DNA from: Podospora anserina
Lineage: Eukaryota
Length of the DNA: 64,000 nucleotides
Assembly (NCBI GenBank): GCA_017654855.1
Contig: CM030336.1
Coordinates: forward strand, 1,860,001 to 1,924,000
Direction: 5' to 3'
Under the pieces are notes generated by a model, which had not been told where the DNA came from, made no database searches, and saw only the letters and a program-made list of their open reading frames with translations. Position numbers and translations under genes: made by a program. Shown here piece by piece: positions 46,720 to 60,135 of the stretch; position 1 is the first letter of the stretch; the number at the start of each line of letters is the position of its first letter.

Positions 46720-48003
46720 TCACAAATCCCCCTCCTCCTCCTCCTCCTCCTCCTCCTCCCCCTCACCCAACACATGCAAAATCAACTTCCTATACCCCTC
46801 CACCGCCTCCTCCAGGTCCCTCACCCTCAACCCTTCATCATCCCCATGCGCAACAAGGATACTCCCCGGCCCATAGAGATAACTCGTATGCCCCCCCTCC
46901 AAATTCGGAACATCAGTCCCATAACTCGCAACCATAGTCTCAAACCCGTCAACTTCACACCTGCACTTGACCGGCCCATACCCGCCAAACCACTCTGAAC
47001 TGAGCGCATCCCCGTCTGTCTCCTTGAGAATGTGCTCAATCTTGGCGATAACATCCTTATGTCCCTCCTTTTGACTTCCCGATGCCACCCGAACAGCAAG
47101 TCTAGCGCTCGCCGACTTGGGTATCACATTCGCTGCCACCCCCCCCTCCAGAACCCCGATATTAACTGTCGTGTTGCCGTACCTCTTGCTCGAACCAAGG
47201 TCAGTGTTGAGGATAGTGTGCAAACTGCGAATCAGCACCTCATTGGCAGATTTGCCTAGCTGTGGGTAGCCTGAATGACCAGCCTTTCCTCGAGAGCGAA
47301 CAATCCCATTGGTAATCCCCTTGTGGCCGCACGCAAGTTTGTTCTCTGTAGGTTCGCCAAAGATGGCAGAGGCAAAGCGGTACTGCTTTTCGTCGCTGCT
47401 GCTGCCAAAGAGAGAAACCTTGCTGCTGCTGCGGGAGCGGCGGGAGAACTCCTTCATGCCGAGGCCGGAAGTTTCTTCGCCAACTACGAAGAGGAGCATC
47501 ACGTCGGATGGGGAGATGGATTCCGAGGAGAGGAGGGTGGATAAAGCGATGAGCTGCGCTGCAAGAGAGGCTTTCGCATCGACGGAACCGCGGCCGGAGA
47601 TGAGGGTGTCTGGGGTGATTGGCCCTGACGGTGTGGTTTTGTAGGGAATGTATGGTGGGACGACATCGATGTGGGATGTGATGAGGAGCTTGAAGTCGGC
47701 GGTGCTGGGCTTCTTAGCTGTGGGCCAAGCCAGGACATTGCATCTCGTATTCGAGCCTGTGTTTAACCCAGCTGGAATAGGTTGAAGCTCGATAGAGTAG
47801 TTTTGCTTGCCGAGATATTCCTGAAGGAACAGAGCGGCGTCCTCCTCGGTGCCACTGAGCGAGGGTATCTCAACGAGGTTCTTGTGAAGGGCGAGGAGGT
47901 CATGGCGGTAGAACGGGCCGTCGGCGTGCGGCGTAGGGGTCGCATGTGCTGCTGGTGGGTACAATGCGCTGCATAACAGCAGTGCCTGTGAGATCCGCTT
48001 CAT
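46720..48003 (-). CDS. Secreted M20-family metallopeptidase (ArgE/DapE-like)
   Basis: Signal peptide; SHIDVVPP, GRGSVDAKAS, VVGEE, GEPT, GKAGHSGYP and YGPGSILVAH. Confidence 0.92.
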   Translation of the reverse strand: MKRISQALLLCSALYPPAAHATPTPHADGPFYRHDLLALHKNLVEIPSLSGTEEDAALFLQEYLGKQNYSIELQPIPAGLNTGSNTRCNVLAWPTAKKPSTADFKLLITSHIDVVPPYIPYKTTPSGPITPDTLISGRGSVDAKASLAAQLIALSTLLSSESISPSDVMLLFVVGEETSGLGMKEFSRRSRSSSKVSLFGSSSDEKQYRFASAIFGEPTENKLACGHKGITNGIVRSRGKAGHSGYPQLGKSANEVLIRSLHTILNTDLGSSKRYGNTTVNIGVLEGGVAANVIPKSASARLAVRVASGSQKEGHKDVIAKIEHILKETDGDALSSEWFGGYGPVKCRCEVDGFETMVASYGTDVPNLEGGHTSYLYGPGSILVAHGDDEGLRVRDLEEAVEGYRKLILHVLGEGEEEEEEEEEGDL

Positions 48004-48250
48004 TTTGAGTTTTGCACCAACTCTATGCCACCCCAAAGACCGTTGATGAAAGGTGAAAGATGCAACGTCTCGGTCGAGTTCATAGCGCTGATGAGGTCAT
48101 CCTTTCAGTGGGTCCAAAAACATGCACAAATCGCCAATGCAGGGGCTGTGGGGCGCTGCATGACTTGTGCGCTTTACACAGCATCATCTCATCTTCAAGC
48201 TTCGAGGAAACAAATATGTTCAACATCTCATTTCGTATTCAGCTCGATCC

Positions 48251-49489
48251 TCATAGCTGACGAGCAGCAACAGAGGCCAACCGCTCGGGCAACACTTGGC
48301 TAAAGTCAAACTTGCCGTCCGCACCCTTCACCACGGTTCCCCGCTCAGTGACAATGGCATCGATCAGTTCATGGGGAGTCACATCGAAAGCTGGGTTCCA
48401 GACCCCAATTCTCTGATCAGCAATCGCAACTCTCGCAGTCTTGCTGGTATCGACGGTTCCGTCCTCGTTGACAATGGCACCGCTGATTTGTGTCAGCTCT
48501 TCACGCTTACGCTCCTCGATCTCGATAGCGCTTCCGTTCCCCGTCTCGAGGTCGATGCTGGTTGTTGGCGCAGCGACAACAAACTTGACACCGTGGTGAC
48601 GAGCCAGGACAGCCAGCTGATAGGTACCAATCTTGTTGGCAGTATCTCCGTTGCGGACAACGCGGTCAGCGCCGACAATGACGGCGCCAATGTTCATGCG
48701 CTCACGGTGGAGGTTGAAGAGAGCACCAGCCATGCTGTCGGTGATCAGGGTGGAGGGGATGCCCTCGAAGACGAGCTCGAAGGAAGTAAGACGACTGCCT
48801 TGGTTGTAAGGACGAGTCTCGGTGCAGTAGGCGTGCTTGAGGAGACCCTCGGAGTGAAGAGTGCGGATGATGCCAAGGGCAGTGCCGTGGCCCGAGGTTG
48901 CGAGGGAACCGGTGTTGCAGTGCGTGAGGACGGAAATGGGCTTTTCAGAAGAGGCACTGTACTGCTGTTGCAACCAGGCGGTACCATAAGAGCCGATAGA
49001 GGTGTTGTTGTGGAGGTCCTTGGCGAGAATCTCCTCGGCCGTCTGGATGTAGGTGTTCAAGATGGCCTCCTTGGCCTCAGGGTGCGCCAAACCCTCGAGG
49101 TTGGCGGCTCTAGTGGCCAGCTTGAGAAGTGTGATGGCGTTGGAGAGATCAACAGCCGTTGGCCTGCTCTCCTTGAGGTAGTCAAGTCTCTTTTCGATAT
49201 GCGCAATGACCTCTTCGGGCTCAGTGGCAGCTGGTGGCGCATGTTAGCGATGTCTTGATTCGGGGGCAGTGTCAAACTTACTGCAGTCGCCATTGTGCAA
49301 CTCAACCGCATGGGCCAAAGCAGCGACGATGGCAATAGCGGGGGCACCTCTCACTCTCATGGAGCGGATGCAGTCAAAAGCCTCTTCGGCAGTTGACACC
49401 TCATCGTAGTGGTTCTCATGGGGCAGTCTGAGCTGGTCAAGGACTAACAGCTTGCCCCGCGAATACTTGATAGCTTGAAGGGTGGCCAT
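48251..49489 (-). CDS. MRI1: Methylthioribose-1-phosphate isomerase, 2 exons (intron 49231-49281)
   Basis: [67 protein letters not shown] and NPAFDVTP. Confidence 0.96.
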
Positions 49490-49895
49490 TTTGTAGATGT
49501 GTTTCGAGGTCTTTGAAGACACAAAATTTGTTGTCAAAAGTGACCAGCCGTTTTTGAAGATTGTCAAAAGCTCCCCTGGATTTTTACACAGGGAATCTGC
49601 CTGCTCTTGAGCCTGAAATAAAAAATACTCTCGGGGGTGCAAGCGGCCGGGACTGTCATCAGATGCCCCGCCACTGCGCAAAAGTTTTGGTGGGGCAATT
49701 TCTGGAAATTCAAGGTGACGGAGGTGAGCTGCATCGCCAAGAAGCGGTGAGAGCTCCATGGCCATGCATTGACGTGCCACACCCTGCATCTCAGGGGATT
49801 CTGCCCCCGCATGGCCTGGCCAGGAGCTGTCCTTCTCTCTAGAATTCCAACGCGCTTCGACTAGGGCATGTCATAGAGGCCCAGAGCTGTCCAGC

Positions 49896-52800
49896 ATGGA
49901 ACAGCCCTTTTCTTCGTCAAAGGTGACGGGTTAGTGACGGTTTTGGTTGATTGGGGAGCTCCCAGCTGACTAGTAGTGTTCCTGTATGCAGTCGAGTACT
50001 TCGATCCCCACGATGTCTACAAGCTCCTTGCGCCGGGGTTGATTCCCCGGCTCCCGCTCCGAGACCTCAACTGGCAGTCCCACGCCGGGCCATTGCGATC
50101 TATCAACACCCTACACATTGAGCTCCTACCATCCGGAGCCGACTGCTCGAATATCTTTACCCCCCTATCCTCTCCAAACCCAAAGGGCGCAAGCTCCACC
50201 GATGTCGCGAACCAACCGGCCCGGGACGATGGCTTCCAGACCGCCACCATCGCCGGTAGGGGTGGCTCAAGCGACCAGGTGGACTCGACACTTCGTCCAC
50301 CAGCAGGGCCAGGCAAGGAAAGGAGACATCAAATACCAGGCTTGCGCCGCACACCTTACCTCAAGGTGCTACTAATACGATGCGACGACAACGATACATA
50401 CAAGTCCACGACGAAGGCTGAAATAAAGGAGTGGATCAAAGTCAACACACCACCAGCCCAGGGCAAGAGTGGCGCCGAGAACCACGATGCCTTCGAATGG
50501 CTGATCATCCATGTGGTCCTCCCAAACACCGTCGCCGCGACCCAGCCGCGGACCACCGGGAAGGTACCCGACTCCAGCGACGTCTCCAAGACGGCGACAC
50601 TAAAGTGGCGCGGCAGCTCAACATCGTTGCTGGAGAAATTGCGGACCGACTTCAACGGCTCAGGCAAGGGCGCTGTGGACAGGATCAGGCAGATTCGCAT
50701 TGGCGTCAACGACGTGCCATATAGTATGCTCCCGAGGGTGGTGCCCGCGGTACCTACGGGGTATCGTGAGACCGAGCAAGACAGTGAGGCCGCGTGGGCG
50801 GACTTGATCGGGAAGTTCAAGGAGCTCATCCTATCCAGCTTCGACACACGCGTCACACAGTACGAAGAGGACATCAAGGAACGAGACGCCCAGAGGAGTT
50901 TACCAGGGTGGAATTTCTGCACTTTTTTCATTCTGAAAGAAGGCCTGGCCAGGGGTTTCGAAAGTGTTGGTCTTGTTGAGGATGCCCTGGTTGGGTATGA
51001 TGAGCTTAGTGTTGGGCTCGACACTATCATCCAAGAACAAGCGGGTGCGGGGTCTGCGGAAGCACATGGAGGCGCTCTGCTTCCGTATACCCCGGATCTC
51101 AAAGAGACAGCACAAAAGGCTCTCAGTGAGATCGCTGGCGGTACTCTTGAGTTTGAGGAAGAGGAGGCTGTGGATCTCCAGTCTGGCGAGAAGCAAAAGC
51201 TGGATTATTCCGAAAGCATCCCCATCACTTCATCCAAAAAGACATACCGAGAGTTGATCTTGGCCAACAATGTGTCTTTATTCGATTTCAGGTGCTACAT
51301 CTTTGCACGCCAAATCTCTCTGCTCCTTCGTCTTGGAAATGCATGGTCAACACGAGAGGAACTGGTGGCCAAGCTGAAGGAGCAGCAAGACATGGTCCCG
51401 CGAGGAGTGGCTGCAAAAACACCCGTACCCAAGCTGAATGAGGAGCAGGAGAACTTGCTGCAGCTCGCTGAAATCTGCAAACGCACGCTCGAGTTCGTGC
51501 CTGCGATTTCGACAGTCATGAGAGAAGACATCATTGCGGCCATCATGTCTGCCAAGAAACACGAAGAAGAAGATGGCGTTAAGCCAGTCCTCGATTCCAT
51601 GCTCTCCGAGGTTGTGGACAACATGGTGTCGTCCTTTGCCTTTTCTGTTGCCCAACAGATTCTCGCCCAGACGTCTACCAAGGCGCTGCCTATCCCACCT
51701 TCTACCCTTAATGATGCCCATGATCAGAAGACGTCTATCCCAGACCCGAAAACGACGACGCATCCAGCCCGGACGACGTCCCTTCACGGCCAGGGCACTC
51801 AACGGCCACCTCTCAGCCCTGGGTTCCCGTCTGGGCGCCTGCCTGGTTCTATTGATAGTCCAGCTACGTCGTCATTTCAGAAGGCTGGGCTCGAAGAACT
51901 TGCTGCTAGGAGAGCCGAGCTGTATGCATTGTCCCGAAATATTTTGGAAGAGTGTGGCAAGAAGCGTGGCTGGTCTGACGGGTGGTCGTCGGTCCCTACG
52001 GTAGGGGAAGCTGGGATTGTCGACATGGAGGAGATTGGCCTTGACGATGATGATGATGATGATGATGATGCCGAAAAGACCAAGCCGGCTGCAAGAGAAA
52101 CCGCTGAGGTTTTGCACACGTCGGTTGCCGGCGTGGGAACCACCCTCCTCCGCACAGCGCTCGACAATAAGGATGACTTTTATCGGCTCTACGAGACGCT
52201 CACCGATAAAGCTCTCCGGCACTACACAGTCGCCCACCACCTGCACTCGGTCCAGGCCTGCATGGCTGATTTAGCGGTGCTCAAGTTTCACCTTGAGGAG
52301 TACAAGGACGCAGCTTACTACTTTTACCGCGTCATTCCCTTCTTTGGAGAGAGCAGCTGGGCCCTCCTTGAGCTTTCCATGCTGGTCATGTATGCGAGGT
52401 GTCTAAAGAAGTTGAACAAGTTGGACGATTACGTCAACCAAGCACTTCGGCAGCTCCTTTGCAAGGCAGCCGCCGCTGAGAGGGACAGATTGCAGCAAAA
52501 GTCACGGTTCAGGAACACCCTTACGTCTGCGACTCAGTACCCAGAAGCCTCGGCCATCACGGGATTCCTGGCGGACCTGATTTCGGTGTCGGCATCGCTA
52601 GAAAAGGATGTGAGGATTCCCCTGACGAGCCTCTGCTGTGACCTTGCTCTGGACGGGCCACCATTCTACGACGAGGGCCAGGACAGCTTCTCCTTGTTTC
52701 TTGACTTTCACAGTCTTTTGGTTGATGAGTTTGAAGCTGATTCGGTCAGCATCCGCATCACGAGCAAGACTGCAGGGGGCAGCAGGGAAATTTGGCTACA

Positions 52801-54715
52801 GACCGAGAAGCCGGTTACCATCCGGCCAGGGCCGAACAAGGTACGAGTGCAGAGCACCACGATGATGGCTGGCACTTTTGAGGTGGATCAGGTTCGTCTG
52901 TCCAGCGAGAAGGTATTGCTGCACTACGAACGAGATCCCAACCAGCCTGTAGACAAGGGGATTGCAAGCCTGAAAAATCCTCAAGTGGCTGTTTACCAAC
53001 GAGCTAGCGGCCTTGACGTCCGACTGTCAGGGACAAAGGACCTGCAGCTCGACAAGAAGAAATCGCTGGATCTTGAGCTATCAACTGGTTGGAACGCCGT
53101 CAAGACGTGCGAGATTAAGATTAGGTCTGCCACTGGTGGGCTGCGGCTGGTCATGAGTGAAGCAGAGGTGATTGGCTCGACACAGGCCACCAAAGCAGAG
53201 GGAGGCACCTTCAAATTCGGCGCCATTCCCGCAAATAGCTCTGTCAAGGTCCGGTTTCCCTTCACCGTTGAGCACGACCTGCTCGATGTCGCTGTCAGGG
53301 CGGAGGTTACCTACTCCACCGAGCGTGGGAGCTTCACCTTCTTCAAGACATCATCTGTACCGATCTCTCTCGCAGTCGAGGTCAACGTTCAGGATATCTT
53401 CAAGCACAACGCACTCTTTTCGCGATTTGCGGTCTCCTCCGCCAGCTCCAGCCCGTTGAGGTTATTCAAGAGCGAGCTGTTGGGCTCCGAGGTCTTTGAC
53501 ACACATTTTGGCCACTCGCCCAGCCAGCCGGTGTTGATCTTTCCCAAACAGCCCACCAGCCTGCTGTACAAAATCACGAGAAAGCACGGGGTTGCCATCG
53601 GGCCGAAGACAAACAAGACGCTGTATCTCAAGCTGTACTACAGCGTCTTGCAGGAAGAGATTGAGGCTCTGTTTGAGAAGACCATCGTTGCCGATCTGGA
53701 AGACTCGCCCATGAGGGAGTACGCCAAGCTGATCGTCTCCAAGGTTCTGGCGGTAGTCCAAGCCCACCTGTCGGAACACGAGCTTGAGAAAGCGGCGTTG
53801 CTGGGGGAGCTGCAGACCAGCTTTTTGGGTCATGTCAACTGGGAATCGCACTTTGCTGGTCTGGGGTCGGCGTCAAACACTCAACAGCAAAAAAGCGGGA
53901 CCAGCTCCCCTGCTTCTTCTTCTTCTTCTTCTTCTTCTTCTTCTGGGGAAGACATCTCGTCGGCCACTCTGGCAGGTTTTATGACTGCCTTTTTCACCAA
54001 TCACCCTTTCCTCCCGTTACCGCACCCCGAGTCAATCCCGGAACCAAACACGATTGTCATCCCGGTTGATGTACCCCCAGTAGCAATAGTTCACACGGCT
54101 GACTTGAGGGTTTCATCGTCTCAACCTCCAGTGGTGAACGGGACGGACGCTAGCGATGGCAGTCCTACGTTCGTGATTAACCAGCTCCTCCCTACCACCC
54201 TCCACCTAAAATGGACGCGGATGTGGGACACTGACCTGTCCACTTCGTCTCTGTCTCAAGACCTGGAGTTCGGGTATGAGATCACTGCCCCGGGGGATAG
54301 CTGGCTGCTTGGGGGGAGGAGGAAGGGGCATTTTGTTATACCGGCTGTTGACGATGATGATGCAGAGGAAAAGTTGAGTTCGACGGCGGAGACGGAGGCG
54401 GAGATACCTGTTGTTTTGGTGCCTTTGAGGGAGGGGTATTTACCTTGGCCCGGGGTGGAGATTAGGGAGGTTAGGGCGGGAGGAGAGAATGGGAATGGGA
54501 CGGGGGAGAATAGTCCTGTGGTGCATGTTGCTGGGGGGGTGCATTGCGAGACGGATTATAGGAACTTGGGGGAGACGGTGGAGGTTGTGGGGGATCGGGG
54601 GAGGGTTACGGTTAGTTTGGATGTTAGTGATGGTGGGGGGGATAGGGGGGGTCCGATGGTGCTGGAGTGTGAGGGGGGGGGGGGTTGGGAGGGTTGTTGC
54701 TTAGACTACGTATGA
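49896..54715 (+). CDS. TRS130: TRAPP II complex subunit Trs130/TRAPPC10 (intron 49930-49991)
   Basis: MEQPFSSSKVTV|EYFDP; LPLRDLNWQSH, ERRHQIPGL..TPYLK, QRSLPGWNFCTFFILKEGLA..FE and DSWLLGGRRKGHF. Confidence 0.92.
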
Positions 54716-55692
54716 GGGGGGATGTTGTGACTAGCAGAGGAAGGTTTAGGTATGGTTACTATTCTTAATCGAGAAGGTCTTCTTGACTGCTTTACCAACT
54801 GTGTGGCGTGGGGTATTGTTCACGAGCTTGGCAGGGGCGGCCGGATGAGCAGAGTGAGTACTGCAGGTATGCGCATAAGGTCTCTTGTCAGATGCGCCTA
54901 CACAGTTCTGCGGGTAGGCCCGTCTGCCCAGACACTCCGAATTAGGTACCACCAATCATCCACGGCGTCACCGCTCTAGGTTGATATCATGATCTCCGGT
55001 CATCGGCAGACAAATCTAGATTCTAACATCCGACCGGCGACCGGCCGCATGAAAGAAATACCACCCGACTTTGGCCCCAGCGGGAGACAGATCATCTGGC
55101 TGACTACTCTCATGACTAAGGGGGTTTCCAAACCCGAGGTTGCACGAGTTCAGGGATGGAGATGCCCGCCTTTTGCGCCACATTTCGATATTATATGTGT
55201 ATGTATATGTGTCATTTATTCGCTGCGGGTGTCACACTATTTACCCTGGTACAGCGGAATTCGGGGTTGGGGGTACGAGGCTCGGAAAGTCGGAAGAGTT
55301 GAGTGTCACGAATGGAGATTAGGTACCTGATGACAGATATGTGGGAGACACAGAAGGTCGGGCTATGAGTAAGCGAATGCAGTTTTTGAGACTTGGGACT
55401 GGTTGGGCTGGGTGGTATGACCTCAGTTTTGGAGTGGGAAGGCTGTGAGAGGGGGTTAGTAATGGGGTGTGGGTGTGTCTCGGCCTCGGTTGTCAAATGT
55501 AGAGTGATCAATGGTTGATGGGGGCGGAATTGCTGAAGGCTTTCTCGTCTCTGGTGTAAAATTGCTGGGTTGAGGGAGCTGAAGGTGAGTGTTGAGATGG
55601 GTTACCTATATAACGGATGAGATGTGGATATTTCGCCCCCTTGGATTTTGTTGCAAGTTTCACAGCTTTTTTATTTCTTTGTCTCATAAGAA

Positions 55693-57887
55693 ATGGCTGA
55701 GGCATCGTCATCGTCACATCCAGCGAGGAAGAGAAGGCCCCATAAAAGGAGTCGACATGGCTGTCTGACATGCAAGCAGCGGCATATTCGATGTGACGAG
55801 CTCAAACCGGTCTGGTGGGCACAAGCTTTGATCTACCTATGTCTTGTGCGTATGGCTAACGGGAGTAGCACCAACTGTCTGACACGTGGGGGGGAATGCG
55901 GTTATGCTGCTGAAGGAGCCAGGGGTGCATCTGATTCCCCTTCGTCGGCAGCTGCAACAATGCAACCACCTCTGGTAGCGTACCTGAGCTCACCGGCAGA
56001 TCCATTTGATACATTGCCTATCAAAATGCCATATCGGTCGTTGGAGCTGTTCAATCACTGTATGGATCCAGCATGCATGTTGACTTGATAAAGGGGGTGA
56101 GGCTGATATTCAGGGGGAAAGTTGCCAACTATCGGATCTTCAGCCGGACGGCTGTACCGAAGAGTGCGAGTTCCCAGTGGTTAGTTACAGCCTCCTTACT
56201 TGACAAGAATGGGCAATATAGCTGACAGAACACTGTCGGAATCGCCCTCTCCAATCCAGACACATTTCGAGCCTGTCTCATCATGAGTGCGCTGCACTAT
56301 TCCCGAATCAGTGGCGGCCTAAGGGAGTTCGAGATGGAAGAGACGTACTTGTACCACAAGCTCGAGGCGATGAGGACTCTAAACAGCAAAGTTACAGACT
56401 TGGAAACGTGCACTAGTGATGGGTGTCTGAGCTTGATTGCTGGGTTAGCTTTGGCTGAAGTAATACCTTTGTTCTTCTTAGGCCTGTATCGCACTGCTAA
56501 CAATCTTAAGGGTGGCATGGGTGACCCAACTGCCGCCGAGGCACATATCAATGGTCTCTGTACTTTGATCGACATGAAGCGCCCCGAGGAATGGCAGCAT
56601 CGGTTCTATGGGATGCTTCAAAGAATCATTCTGATGTAAGTTGAATACACCGTTACCAATCCCAGGCAGATTTCAGTCTTTCGAACCTCTGCTTCACTTT
56701 TCCGATGTCTGTACTAAATGTTTATCAAAAGGGCTGGCAGTTACATTGCTGCATCCAGGGACCCGTTTCTAGAATCACACATCATCGAAACCGACTTGAC
56801 CCTCTGCTATCCCCATCCATATTTCACCAAACCCACATCAACCCTGTTATCAACTGCTCAAGTCCAAGCCACTAGCCTCTCGCCCTTCTATCTGACCTCC
56901 ACACCCTGTCTCGAGGCCTGCAAAGCCGATGTTGAGGGAGAAGTACTATTCAACGTCCTTGAGCGCCTCACCTCAATCTGCTTCACGCCATACGACAACA
57001 ATAACAGCGAGACGACTTCACTCCTCCTCTCAGACACAGAGTCTTACATCGCCAGCCTGCTCTTTCAACCAGACCCTTCCTCGTCTTCACCATCCAAAGC
57101 TTCATTTCACAAGGACCGGCATCACAAAAAGAGCAAGAGAAAAGGCCACCCATACAGTCAAGCACCACCAATCTACTACCCAAGCTCAAGCCGTGCCTGG
57201 GCCGCAGCCGGTTACTTCTACACCCATCTCATATTATCCCCTCTCTGGACCCAAACCCACCAAGACGAGACCATAGACCCCGACCTCCTCTGGCATCTCC
57301 TCAACACCCTCCGAGAAGACATTACCAAAACCGAAGCAGCCATGAAAATTGGCGCCTACAGCCCAGAGCTGTGGATATGGGAGGTTGTCATAGCCGCCTA
57401 CACCGTCCGTGTGTCTCTCCAGAGACAACAGCAACAGCAACAGCAACAACAAGACCCAATGACGACGGGCTTGGCAAGTGTAGCTGAGGACATCTTCAGC
57501 ACTACATCATCAGAAGTTTTATCAACCTCTCAAACAGACATCTGGCCCGGCCTCACCTACGCCGAAAGTTCAGTTTCTTCATCTTCCTCGCAGGATCGTA
57601 GCGGTGCTTCTTCACCGTCTCACGACAATCCCGACCACCCGCACACTTATATTCCGCCTGTGTCACCTCCACCAAAGGATAACCTCCATTCCCTCAAGCT
57701 ATTCTTCCGTCAGAAGATCGCCGTATGGAGCCAGAAAACCAGGGTTGCGGATTGGGAAGGGGCCAGGCAAATGCTGACTAGAATCGTGTGGCCCAATCAA
57801 AGCGCCGGCCAACTCACAAGTTATTCTGAAAGGCTAGATACGATCATGAAGACAATTTGGTACGAGGCCTGTCTTCGGTTGCAATGA
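55693..57887 (+). CDS. Zn(II)2Cys6 transcription factor, multi-exon (middle exon structure unresolved)
   Basis: SRHGCLTCKQRHIRCDELKPVC|TNC...C split by intron 55815-55869; DPFDTLP motif; downstream exons YHKLEAMR.. and AEAHINGL; last exon ~56731-57887. Confidence 0.75.
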
Positions 57888-58247
57888 GGTGTTCCCGTTG
57901 TAAACCACGAGCTTGACGTCAAGCACGCAATGTTTGGTACCCCTGAATCACAATACAGGGTTTCAATGGTCACGTTTGGAACCGCGTGCTTCTGAGGACA
58001 ACCAAACCATCTAGGAGAACGGGCACGGTCGAGGAAATCTTTTGATATGAAGATGAGAATTCTGGTGGGGAGATAATGCCGATCATGTATATAATTGCAC
58101 CAAAGCCTGCTTAATTTTTGCTTACTTTGGCACCCGTAAACCCCCCCCCCAAGGTAGCACGATGACTGTACCCCTTCTTTCTGCTTTCGACGACCCCCCC
58201 GCTGCGCTGGCTTGACTTCCCACTGGCTCCTCTTCGGTCCCGGGATA

Positions 58248-59455
58248 TCACGGCATCTGAAGAACTGCGGCGAGTGAAGGAGCTCCCTGATCGGTCTCTT
58301 GACGGTGGCCTTCGAGTTCGGGATGGCGATCTAGGTGAAGGTGATCGTCTCCTCTTTGTAGACCTCGTAGATCGACGATGGGTTTGATGTCTTGACTGCC
58401 CATGCATGATGAATCCAGCACGGCCGAAACCCAATCCAGTGGGTCATCATCAGTTCGCGGGTACGGCAAAACCCAGGATGGATCAGGTCGACCCTTAAGA
58501 ACCTGGGATATGTGGGGCAGTTGGGTAAATTCAGGACTCAGTCCCAGATTCCAGTTGCCCACGTCACTAGGCGCGTTCAGGCAAGTCTTAGGGACTCTCC
58601 TCGCTGTCGGGTGGTTCTCCGCGGTGGCCGGCAATAGCGCACGCCAGCCTAATCCAGAAGACTTGGCCCAATCCTTCGCAGTTCGACGCTCAGAATCTTG
58701 TGCCTCGAGGTCAGAATCGTACCGAAACACTTGGTTGACCTTCTCTGGATCCCCCGTCGCGGCAGCGTACATCAGCAAGGTCCTTCCCGGAACCCAAGTC
58801 AGCTTTTTGCCGTCACGGGTTATTGGAAGGCTTTGCATGATGTGTGACATTACACCATTGCGCTCGGTTCCCTCACCATAGATGGGGCTATCATCACGTC
58901 AAAAAACCCCAACCAAGCAATAGGGCCATGTCCTCGGGCCTGGTTGTAACTCGCCTTGACGCCCAGGACATTCTCTGCGCCACACTACAGGTGTGCAAGC
59001 TTGCAATGCCCGTGAGAATGTGGTGAGGTACTCCTGTGGCTTCCTCCATAATTGCCGATATGGAAGAACTTGTGCCCAGCTGAGTCCATCCCGAATCGAA
59101 CAAGCTCATCTTCCGTGGTGCTAGGAGTTCCTGAAGCGTCCAACCACGTGCGGCTGTGGCAGACCTGATCCAACTGTCCTTGATGTACGTCGGAGAGGTA
59201 AGCGTAGCAAATTGCTGACTTTTCGTACCAACGAAACATGGAGTTGATGGCTTCGCTCAGCTTAACCGCGCGCTTGTCTTGCCGATACAACATGTGTCGA
59301 TCCAACTGTAGGCAATGCCATCTTTGCAAGCTTGCCCACGGCAAAGTTCTAACTTTGCCTGGCGATTGATGTCGCATTGATCCAATGATTGCATGTCTTG
59401 GAATGATAACTCCTCATCTTTCGAGGCACTTGGTGCGAGCGTTGATGAGCCGCAT
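58248..59455 (-). pseudogene. Decayed HET-domain (PF06985-type) gene with an ankyrin-repeat remnant
   Basis: MRLINARTKCLE start; WIDTCCI, LSEAINSMFRWYEKSAICYAYLSDV, WTLQELLAP and SVAQRMSWASRRVTTRPED lie in different frames; ankyrin-like GRTLLMYAA..D...RTAKDWA. Confidence 0.82.
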
Positions 59456-60135
59456 TTCCCTCGCCGTAGATCTTGAGGTCTTGACTGTGGTGAGGTATAC
59501 GAGGTACTAACGTACGACCAAAGAGCAAACAAAAGATCGAGTAGCGACTGTGCCCTGTCTAAGGTCTGGGAGGCGGTTACTGAGTTTGGGCTATGGTGGG
59601 AGGTTAAGTATCCTTGGGTTGGGAAACTGTGCCTTGCGCGGCTGCCCCGCCTCTGACTCCCCATACATGCATACATATGAGCCCGTGAATGGCGTTTTGG
59701 TGTCACAGTGACTTCAGGCACATAGCAACTATAAAAATTCTCCAACAGTTGTTGTCCCGTCGGATGTGGGCGATTACTGAGTACCTAGGTAGGTAAGCGA
59801 AATTTACAGGACGTGTGAGTGTGATGGAGCATAGCATAGGTTCCTACCATAGGAAAGATTTCGTGAAGCTCAGGCATCATAGTATATCAATCTTCCCACG
59901 CTGGCAGTGCCACCGCTCTAATGTAGGTACTTTAGCTGTTGCCTGAGATTGGCTTCAACTCAGGTTTCACCTTTGGGTGAGTTCGCCAACCGCCCATGGG
60001 GTTGGTGTCTGTGATCTGGCAGGTCTTCAAGTGTACGTTGGTTGAATTAGTACCTTGATCAACTACGCAAAGGATTCCGTCTTGTATGGTAACTCTCAAC
60101 GATAACCAAAAACAAATTCATTTTATCACTTATAT

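Noticed and set aside
46492-46998. 168-aa ORF
   Set aside because: It overlaps the tRNA and the antisense strand of the M20 peptidase.
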